Numbered from the stretch's first letter, positions 1 to 8,011 are shown. The stretch is DNA of 12,673 nucleotides from Octopus sinensis (GCF_006345805.1 NW_021826492.1:1-12673), one strand, 5' to 3'. A program made the numbers and translations. The notes: generated from the sequence alone by a model not told the origin.

Positions 1-73
1 ACTTTTCACTCCCCGTGCGTTATACTAATACATCTGTTCGTTATCTACACTACCTGTCTTCGTCTTTTGTTTT

Positions 74-92
74 TTGTGTGTGTATATATATA

Positions 93-138
<46 letters not shown>

Positions 139-241
139 TATATATATATGTATTATATATAATATATATATATATATACATATATATGTATGTATGTATG
201 CATGTATGTATGTATGTATGGATGGATGGATGGATGGATGT
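74..241. repeat. Compound microsatellite (TG)n-(TA)n-(TATG)n-(GATG)n
   Basis: Runs are directly visible; they explain the Y/I-rich ORFs at 15-453. Confidence 0.95.
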
Positions 242-475
242 ATACATCCACATATGCATTTTCGTTTGTATATGGATATACATAGATTTATTTTAAAATG
301 TAGATGCAAACAGAAGGGCCATAACATTGAATGTGCTTGTTTGCGTGGACGATGCCGTAGGGTATGAGAGTGTTTCCGTGTGTGTATGTGTGTGTGCTCG
401 TGCGTTCGCGAGTACGTGTGTGTGTGTAATAAAATAAAAGTACAAATAGGCAAACACCTGTTATCAGATCAGAAT

Positions 476-580
476 ATATGATACATATATATTATACATA
501 TATATCATATATACATGTGTATATATATATATGTATGTATGTTTATATATATATATGTATGTATATATATATCTCTATAC

Positions 581-627
<47 letters not shown>

Positions 628-786
628 AATATACATATATATATATGAATATAGATATATATACATATATATACATATATATATATATTATATATACATA
701 TATATATATAGATATATATATATATACATATATATACATATAATATACATATATATATAAATATATTTATATATATACATATATAT
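476..786. repeat. Imperfect (TA)n microsatellite
   Basis: About 310 bp of TA repeats with occasional C/G interruptions. Confidence 0.95.
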
Positions 787-1204
787 GCCTCTCTCTTTCT
801 CTCCCTCTCCCTCTATGGTTGTATATGTGTCTGCGTACTATACACCTAAACTTATATATATGTACGGAAACACATACATACAACGTGCAACAGACATACA
901 AACACATATTCTGGAGACGCCATAATAAATAGGAAAGTATTTCAATGTCTTCCTAAAGCAAACCCGGTTCAATATAATTTTAAATAAGAATTACTTTTAA
1001 AAAATATCATTATATTTCTTTCATCAATTTACCTTTTTGTTTGTTTGTTTGTTTTTGCTTTTGTTTTGTTTACATTTTTTTTTCTTTCTTAAATTCATAT
1101 AATTTTACTCTTTTTATTCTAGAAATTTCTGCAATCAAAAATTCAAGAGAAATCATTAAAATTTGACGTAATTATCTCCAATAAAATTTTGATGAATCAC
1201 ACAA

Positions 1205-1868
1205 CATCGCTTTCTCATTCTCGTTCTTCTCTTTCTCTTTTGACTCTCTTTCATTTCTATCTTTCTTCTCATCTTATCATTGCTATGTGCCCCCCCCCAC
1301 TCTATTAACTTTCTATCTTTTACTCATCATTATTTTTTCTTTTGCTTCTTTTCTTCCTTCCTTACGTTCATAATTTTTTCCTTCCTTTTTCTGTCTTTTT
1401 ACCTTTCTTTCACATTTCTATCTTTCTTTCTCTTTCTTTTCTTTCTTCTTCTTTCTTCTTTCTCTCTCTCCTCTTTCTATTTATTTACTGTATTTCCTTC
1501 TAAAACCCGCCATCTGTCGGTATTTCCTTCTCTCATAATTCAGTGCCATTACCTTTCTTTCTTTCCCACTCTCTGCCCCACCCGACATCGTCTCTCTCTC
1601 TCTCTCTTTCTCTATGCCTTCCTCTCTCTCTCTTTTTTTCTCTATGCTTTCGTCTCTCTCTATATATATACCATCCTCTCTCTCTCTTTCTCTATACCTT
1701 CCCCCTCTCTCTCTTTTTTTCTCTATGCTTTCGTCTCTCTCTATATATATACCATCCTCTCTCTCTCTTTCTCTATACCTTCCTGTCTCTCTCTCTCTTT
1801 CTCTATACCTTCCTCTCTCTCTCTTCCTCTATACCTTCCTCTCTCTCTCTCTCTCTTTTCCTCGACCT
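1205..1868. repeat. Polypyrimidine (CT/CTT-rich) tract with a ~27-bp minisatellite and an 81-bp higher-order duplication
   Basis: Almost purine-free plus strand. The motif (CT)n-TTTCTCTAT(A/G)CCTTC recurs, and TCTATGCTTTCG occurs at 1641 and 1722 (period 81). Confidence 0.9.
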
Positions 1869-1945
1869 TCCATTGATTGTTTTGTTTTGTCCATGATTTG
1901 TATTTAGTTTGATTCATCTTTTACAAACTTTCACCTAAAAGTTGA

Positions 1946-2246
1946 CGAGGAGGAGGAAGAGGAGAAAGAGGAGGAATGTGGGGAGGAGGGGGGAGAAAGA
2001 GGAGGAAGGTGCGGAGGATGAAGGGAAGGAGGAAGTGGAAGATGGGGGAGGAGAATGAAGGTAGGAAGGAAGAGGACAAGGGGAAGAAGAAGGTGGGGTG
2101 GAGGAGGAGGAGGAGGAGGAAGGTGGAAGAGGAGGAAGGTGGGAGTGTAGGATAGAGAGGAGAAGGAGAAGGAAGAATGTGGGGAGGAGGAGGAAGAAGA
2201 AGGACGAGGAGGAGGAGGAGGAGGAGGGGGTGGAGGAAGAGGAGGG
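1946..2246. repeat. Polypurine (GGA/GAA)-rich low-complexity tract
   Basis: Imperfect GAG/GGA trinucleotide repeats; they explain the poly-P and poly-E ORFs. Confidence 0.9.
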
Positions 2247-2288
2247 TTCTTACATAGACGCAAAGTCTGAAATTTTCAGAGAACTATA

Positions 2289-2372
2289 TAGATGTAATCG
2301 CCCTCAGTGAATACTTTATTTAATCGGCCCTGAAAAGAAGTAAACGCCAAGTTGACGCATGCGGATTTTAAG
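2289..2372 (-). mobile_element. Diverged fragment of SINE family A (central domain and 3' hairpin)
   Basis: Minus strand AAAATCCGCATGCGTCAACTTGGCGTTTACTTCTTTTCAGGGCCGATTAAATAAAGTATTCACTGAGGGCGATTACATC aligns by eye with 7750-7835 of the full-length copy in this window. Confidence 0.7.
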
Positions 2373-2429
2373 CATCGAAAATATAAAAGCCATTAAAAGA
2401 TACCAAGCGAGTACAAAGCAATTCCATGC

Positions 2430-2597
2430 AATGAAAGGTTAGACCGTAGCAGGGCTACCTATTTACAGCTGAGTGAACTGGAGCAACGTGAAATGAAGTG
2501 TCTTGCTCAAGAACTCAACGCACTGCTCGGTTGGGAAATCGAAACCGCGATGTAGCGATTGTGAGTGCAGCACCTCGACCCACAAAGCAACGCGTCT
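2430..2597 (-). mobile_element. tRNA-derived CORE-type SINE (head and CORE-like domain, 3' end uncertain)
   Basis: Minus strand has a degenerate A box and a B box GGTTTCGATTTCCC (2533-2546). These are followed by CTTGAGCAAGACACTTCATTTCACGTTGCTCCAGTTCACTCAGCTGTAAATAG (2459-2511), which resembles the MIR/CORE domain CTTGGGCAAGTCACTTAACC...CTCATCTGTAAAATGG. Confidence 0.75.
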
Positions 2598-2604
2598 ATC
2601 ATAT

Positions 2605-3244
2605 ATTCTTCTTTCTTCTTTCTGCCTTTAATCATTCAACGCGGAGTATAGGCCACTTATGAATTCCATGTCGCATAATTTTTCGCTTCTGTACTTATAC
2701 TCTGCCATGAATGTCCCCCTTTCTCTAGTTTCTTTTGTGTTGATCTAAGCCATGAGTTCTTAGGCCTACCTCTCTTTCTACATCCATCCGGTTTCCACTG
2801 TAAAACACTTTTCGCTACACTTGGTATGTCTTTTCTAATTGTGCTACCAATCCACTTCCACTTTTTCCTAAATATTTGCTCCCTAATCGAAACTTGATTT
2901 GTTCGTTGCCATAGCTCCATATTGCTTATGTGTTGGGGCCATCTAATTTGAAGTATACTACGCAAACATCTGTTGATGAATGATTCTATTTGCTTATTTG
3001 ACTTAACTGTTGTTCGCCATGTCTCAGCCCCATACAATAACACCGCTTTTACGTTAGTGTTAAAAATTCTTATTTTGTTCTTTATTGAAATTACACTTGC
3101 GCTCCAAACTTTTTTCAACAGGTGAAAAGCGGTCCTTGCCTTACTTATTCTCGTCTTAATATCTTCGTCGGTGCCACCCGAGAACAGTATCTTACTACCT
3201 AAATACGTAATCAAATTGATTACGAAAACACTGATAGTTGACAA
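2605..3244 (-). mobile_element. 5'-truncated RTE-clade LINE (end of RT domain plus C-terminal region of ORF2)
   Basis: ORF 2657-3253 carries TYLGS, RISKARTAF, KIRIFNTNVKAVLLYGAETW, WKWIG and GCRKRGRPKNSW, typical of RTE ORF2 C-termini. A 1-nt frameshift near 2660 restores the ending FISGLYSALND-stop (stop 2628-2630). Short (GAAAGAA)n tail at 2606-2622; 11-bp flanking duplication GTCT(A/G)TCATAT at 2594-2604 and 3245-3255. Confidence 0.92.
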
Positions 3245-3648
3245 GTCTGTCATATGTAGGCATCATCAATAAACATCAACCGTATACATCAGACATTTGC
3301 ACCATACACAGACATCAAACATAAACATTACACACAGACGTCGTACAAAGACATTTCCTCAATTATGCAAATGTACAACAGATTCGAACTTGGAATGATA
3401 ATGATACTGAATTAGTTTGTCACTCCACCATACATTATAAGCAATGTTGTTTTAGTTATTGTTGTTGATTTTTAGCACTAGCTCAGCACCAATCTGATCG
3501 AATAGTGTCATGATCATATCTGATAAAGGTTTATCGCATCTTGTCATGATATGTTGCTTTCAGCTCGTCTATTTCACTGGAACATGTAGCTTTTGATGGG
3601 TATAATAATGTGGAATTACTTATACAGCGTGGGGAAGCGTGTGATAAT

Positions 3649-3696
3649 GTAGTAGTAGTAGTAGTAGTAAGTAGTAGTAGTAGTAGTAGTAGTAGT
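3649..3696. repeat. (GTA)n microsatellite
   Basis: About 16 GTA units with one interruption. Confidence 0.95.
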
Positions 3697-3879
3697 TGCT
3701 GTTTTTGTTGTTTTTGTTGTTTGGCTCATCACTTAGTCCGGTTGAATAAACTTTCATTCAAATCTTTTATCGTGATGTCACAGTTTTGGTCTGCGTTTTA
3801 GGGAACAGTCTTGGACTACATTTCAATATTGCATTCTTACTTCTTGTTTAGCCCAACGTCATGAAAGGTAATGTAATCC

Positions 3880-4232
3880 CATAAATCATATATTCCAGAC
3901 GTGACCATCTCCTTAGATTTTAGAAATAGTGTGTCATAGGAGCATGGTCGGAAGAATAAGGTGGAGGAGGAATTTTTTCCCAACCAAACACTTCAATGTT
4001 CTGTGATGTGATTTTTGCAGTGTGGGATCGCACATTGTCCTGATGAAACACCACTCATTTTCGATTCACTAAAGCGGGTCTTTTTTCTTTTCTTCAAAGC
4101 TTGGTTCAAACGCTCTAAATGCTGACAGTAGACTTGAGCATTGATTGTTGCATTAGGTGGTAACAATTCAGTGTGAATTACTCCTTTACAATCCCACCAG
4201 ATAGTGAGAAGAACCTTTTTTCCATGAATTCC
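3880..4232 (-). pseudogene. Decayed mariner (DD34D, Mos1/SETMAR-like) transposase fragment
   Basis: Minus-strand translation gives GIHGKKVLLTIWWDCKGVIHTELLPPNATINAQVYCQHLERLNQALKK, then after a frameshift RPALVNRK*VVFHQDNVRSHTAKITSQNIEVFGWEKIPPPPYSSDHAP. These match the mariner HQDNARPH and HPPYSPDLAP motifs. Frameshifts, a stop and an apparent internal deletion follow. Confidence 0.9.
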
Positions 4233-5039
4233 ATCTTCCATAACTAGAGAGTCTTCTTTAATCATTTCACCACTGGAGAAGTTTGGAAGGAGTTCTTTCT
4301 GCAATATGGACACATTTATTTAAATTTATCTTTCCCTCGCACTCAACCATCTCTGATCAACCATTGCTCCAAATTGCTCCCCAGACCATCACAAAATAGC
4401 TGCTGTGTTTCATTGCTGGTTGCAATCTTTTCACATCAAATTCTTGATGACAGAGTCTCCAGACCCACACTCGACCACTGTCAAGAACTACAGCAAATCT
4501 GAACACATCAGAACATATAACAGTGTCCCAAAATGCTAATGGCCTCTCCACCATCTCGCTGGCCCAATCTTTTCTCCGCTTCATATTGGCTGGTCAAAGA
4601 TGTGGCTTCCTTCTTGCTGCTCTGCCATAGTAACCAAGTTTATGGAGATACCTAACATCTGTTCTGGGACTGGCATCAACTTGCTCTGCTATGTCAGAAG
4701 TCTTACAACGAGGATTATCCTCCACACTTCTTTTAGCAAAGAGAAGGGTCCTGTCAGAGGCCCCTGGTTGATCTGGACAAGGTGATGTGAACTCCTTCCC
4801 CTTTCTGGTGAATTCACTCTGTTAACTGTAGAAAGCGGGATCTCAAGGTTTTCTGCGATTTTACACTGACTATATCCACCTTCAGAATCACTTCTTTTGT
4901 ACATGGCATGATTAAACAGTCACATAGAATCTGAAACATAAAAATGTCAATTAATTAGAAATATTAACTTTTACAAGTTAGAATAAACAAAAAAAAACGA
5001 TGTTTTATGGGGTGTCTATTTACTTCTAACATGTGTGTG
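4230..5039 (-). mobile_element. Decayed Tc1-like (DD34E-type) transposon, left end to second catalytic Asp
   Basis: Repaired translation from ATG at 4909: MPCTKE...GYSQCKIAENLEIPLSTVNRV (HTH), ARRKPHL, WDTVICSDVFRF (first Asp 4507-4509), VMVWGAIW, and SILQKELLP...MEDG (second Asp 4233-4235). There are stops and frameshifts. A putative terminal repeat CACACACATGTTAGAAGTAAATAGACACCCC abuts a TA run at 5040-5050; this boundary is less certain. Confidence 0.88.
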
Positions 5040-5265
5040 TATATATATATCATAGTTTATAATTATACAATACGTTACATGTATATTATATCATTCCTTG
5101 ATACTGTGTGGTCTAAAATCCCCGTTGACAGGCCGCTGGTATTTATAGAGTTTTTTAACACTTTCAGTATGCAAATTAGGGACTCCTTCATAGAATAACT
5201 GCTGCATTTGTTGAGTATATAAACAGTTGCGCTGCATAACTGTCTGGAGACTGTGGACTGTCAAT

Positions 5266-5329
5266 ATGAGGTAGACGCCACTGATGAGATCCCAATAAGG
5301 TTCGAAAATCGATTAAGGTTGTTTATCAT
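5266..5329 (+). ncRNA. Degenerate type I hammerhead ribozyme
   Basis: Core CUGAUGA 5281-5287; stem II GAUCC/GGUUC (one U.U) with loop CAAUAA; GAAA 5304-5307; palindromic stem III AAUCGAUU 5307-5314; UUA triplet with predicted cut after 5315. Stem I is imperfect, with an A.A mismatch next to the core. Confidence 0.6.
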
Positions 5330-5384
5330 TTTGTTCTGTTTGCGGAGAAATTGCTAGAATTTGCCCCGTTTATAATTATACCAT

Positions 5385-5660
5385 ATGTTACATATAATGT
5401 GAGAGATATATAGATAGGTGTGTGTACAAATAAACATTTATTTGCATGTCGGCATGTATATATGAATATTATTGTTAGTCGACGTACGTGAATATATTTT
5501 ATGCGTGTATCAAGATAGATGCGTACTTGCAAGTATGTGTATAGACGTGTATGAATGAGTCGGTGAATGAAGGTTTGTCTTTGTGCATATATATGTGTCT
5601 GGCTGTACGTGTGTGTTATTGAGTGTGTGTGTGTGTGTGTTGATATGCGTGTGTGTGTTT
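5385..5660. repeat. Degenerate TA/TG-rich low-complexity region ending in (TG)n
   Basis: Alternating purine-pyrimidine sequence with a (TG)n run at about 5623-5658. Confidence 0.7.
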
Positions 5661-5784
5661 GTTTTGTGAGATGATGTTTATCGTGTTTTGTTATCGATTT
5701 TTTTTTATGTTTTTGCTGCAGTAAGATCAAACTTCACATCTTTCCGAGTCAACAATCACACATCTCACTACGTGTGTGGAGATA

Positions 5785-5939
5785 AAGAGAGAGGTTGGGG
5801 TAAGAGAAGTTGAGAAGAGAGAGAGAGAGAGAAGGGTCTGGAAATATAGAATAACGTAGGGAGGTGGGGTGAAGATTTGGACGGTGGCGGAGAAGACTGT
5901 GAGAGAAAGAAGCAATAGATAGGTACATTCAGAGAGAAG

Positions 5940-5971
<32 letters not shown>

Positions 5972-6115
5972 AAAAGGGAGCGACAAAGAGGAACTGTAAG
6001 AGGGAGAGCGATACGGAAAATGAGAACCCGAAGAAAGAAAGATATACAGAGACAGGGAGTGTGAGAGAAGGGGAGATATAAGAAAGAGAGAGCGAGACTG
6101 AGGGAGGGAGGAAAA
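5785..6115. repeat. Purine-rich tract with (GA)n microsatellites
   Basis: (GA)n runs at about 5815-5832 and 5941-5967 within a GA-rich background. Confidence 0.85.
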
Positions 6116-6164
6116 TTATGTATGTGCTTGTGTATGTCCGTATTTGACTATACGATGAGTATGT

Positions 6165-6168
6165 GTAA

Positions 6169-6200
<32 letters not shown>

Positions 6201-6287
6201 AAGTGTGTGCGCGCACGTATGTATGTGCGCACGCGCGTGAGTGTGTGTGTCAGTGTGTTTGTGTGTGTGTGTGCGCCCGTGTGTGTG
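6165..6287. repeat. Imperfect (GT)n microsatellite
   Basis: Directly visible GT runs with GC interruptions. Confidence 0.9.
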
Positions 6288-6424
6288 GTTTGTGTCTTCG
6301 ATAACGGATGTACATGCTCCGGCTCCACAACGAACACAGCAGAACATTTTAGATACAGTTGAGATACAAGATCTACAGTTGTGGGTTTGACATCTAAGAC
6401 TCCTGCAGATCAATAACATAGACA

Positions 6425-6575
6425 TAATACATTTATATATATTTGTGTATGTATACATTATGCATGCGTATATACACACGTATATACATACACACACTCA
6501 TATACATACACATGCTCCCATATGAGTATACACACGCACACACATATACATATGTAAGAATATATATGTATGTGT
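6425..6575. repeat. Degenerate (TA)/(CA) microsatellite
   Basis: Alternating TA/CA/TG low-complexity sequence. Confidence 0.75.
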
Positions 6576-7337
6576 GCGTGGTCATGATTGTAAGCATACA
6601 TAATGTGTACACATGTTTCTACACGATATTTTGGGTGTCGTATATTATTACGTATATTGTTACGTATCGGCATATAACTTCATCTTACGGTTTCATATTA
6701 CTTTTTCGTGGAAGTTGATCTAGGGTCGGTTTTCCAGTTTTATCCTGCTTAAAAAAAGTTTTGCTACATAAGTTAGAATGATTATACTTCAGTAGTAGCA
6801 GATAATATTCTTCCTCATGTCTCGCTGCTTGTGTTGACTTTCAAAGGCACAAGTGGTACTTTAAGGAACCAGTCACACTAACCTGAAAATGGGGAAGCTA
6901 ACCCCCGATGACATTGTCCTTCTTCTCGACCTAGTAAGAAAAGGGAAGTCCGTTTCTAAGTTGAGGATATGCATAGTCGCGAAGACTTCTTGCTGGGATT
7001 CTTATTTGAAGCCTTTCTAACTTTCGCTTTTTGTCAATGACACTCCCCTCCTGGGCCGCAGTTATTTCTCACAAATAAAAACAGATCGACATGGTTGTCA
7101 GCTGTTGTCCCTGTAGTGTAGGAATCAGTGAACTTTTTTAACCAATTATCCCAAAATATATTTATTTACGCCGACTGTACCTCCTTGATTTGAAATTAAT
7201 AAAATCACAGATCGGATTCTTTGAATGCGAAAGATTTATTGAATCTATTTATATGAAGAATACAATTATAAATATAAAAAGTATAAGGTAAATGCTATAA
7301 AATAAATTGAAGGGGTTGCAGTCATCTCAGCGAGCGA

Positions 7338-7401
7338 GACTGGCTACTCTGGACTGACGACGAGCAATAGACTCAGAAACATATGTCTTCAGGTACCTGT
7401 C
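7338..7401 (+). ncRNA. Type I hammerhead ribozyme with tertiary-contact-type stem I
   Basis: Core CUGACGA 7354-7360; stem II GAG/CUC with loop CAAUAGA and a C.A closing mismatch; GAAA 7376-7379; palindromic stem III ACAUAUGU 7379-7386; canonical GUC triplet 7385-7387. Stem Ia is UCUGGA/UUCAGG (6 pairs, 2 of them G.U), followed by internal loop CUAC/UA and stem Ib GACUGG/CCUGUC (one U.U). Confidence 0.85.
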
Positions 7402-7676
7402 CCAGCTGGTGGGGGTGATTGCCTCCCCTTTGCAAATATAAGAACACAGAAAATGTGTCAAAGCCGACAGGAAACATCGATGTTTCCTAGGGCTAAATGG
7501 TGGTAGTGTAATTCCCTTACGGGACTGTCACATTGAGTTGACAGTATACGACCACTATACCGCTCCACCACCGCTCATGTCTCTCTGAGATATTTAGAAA
7601 TTCAATATTTCTAATTTCGAAACAAAAGAAGTTTTCTAGAAACTTTTTTTACTTCATGTTTTGGTGAAATGGTATT

Positions 7677-7903
7677 GGCGAGTTGGCAGAAACGTTAGCA
7701 CGCCGGGCGAAATGCTTAGAGGTATTTCGTCTGCGTCACGTTGTGAGTTCGAATTCCGCCGAGGTCGACTTTGCCTTTCATCCTTTCGGGGTCGATAAAT
7801 TAAGTACCAGTTACGCACTGGGGTCGATGTAATCGACTTAATACCTATGTCTGTCCTTGTTTGTCCCCTCTGTGTTTAGCCCCTTGTGGGTAATAAAGAA
7901 ACA
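7677..7903 (+). mobile_element. Full-length tRNA-derived SINE, family A (octopus-type)
   Basis: A-box-like TGGCAGAAACG at 7684 and B box GAGTTCGAATTCC at 7745-7757. Central GCCTTTCATCCTTTCGGGGTCGATAAATTAAGTACCAG, hairpin GTCGAT-GTA-ATCGAC (7823-7837), possible short TSD GGTATT (7671-7676 and 7904-7909). Related copies lie at 2289 and 8101. The octopus attribution is from memory. Confidence 0.85.
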
Positions 7904-7960
7904 GGTATTGTTTCAATTTTGTAACAATTACATCAAAATAGGGGCATTTTGAAGCCAGAG

Positions 7961-7963
7961 CTA

Positions 7964-8011
<48 letters not shown>

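Noticed and set aside
1116-1130. Perfect three-unit heat-shock element ATTCT-AGAAA-TTTCT
   Set aside because: Isolated in AT-rich DNA with no promoter context; such a match is plausible by chance in a window this size.
2266-2280. Short inverted repeats TCTGAAA-T-TTTCAGA here and TCTGCAT-5nt-ATGCAGA at 8679-8697
   Set aside because: Isolated 7-bp stems are expected by chance.
15-2310. Long ORFs rich in Y/I, F/L/S, poly-P or poly-E
   Set aside because: They are translations of microsatellite and low-complexity tracts that lack stop codons by composition.
3460-3520. Weak resemblance to the reverse complement of a SINE tail (GTT repeats then TTAGC...CTGATCGA...ATGATCA)
   Set aside because: Too diverged, and there is no in-window copy for comparison.
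4040-4062. CTGATGA hammerhead-like heptamer
   Set aside because: It is the antisense of mariner FHQD codons, with no downstream GAAA or stems.
5326-6718. ORFs of 63-256 aa, including a Cys-rich stretch at about 6290-6420 on the minus strand with a TCTGCAG acceptor
   Set aside because: They are mostly (GT)/(GA)/(TA) repeats. The short unique part has no recognisable domain and no convincing donor site.
7585-7640. CTGAGA-hairpin-GAAAC as a possible hammerhead
   Set aside because: The core lacks a nucleotide and stem I does not pair; only the hairpin is retained as an observation.
7677-7760. tRNA-like A/B boxes as tRNA genes (also 8276-8340 and 2530-2597)
   Set aside because: No complete cloverleaf, and each continues into a SINE body.
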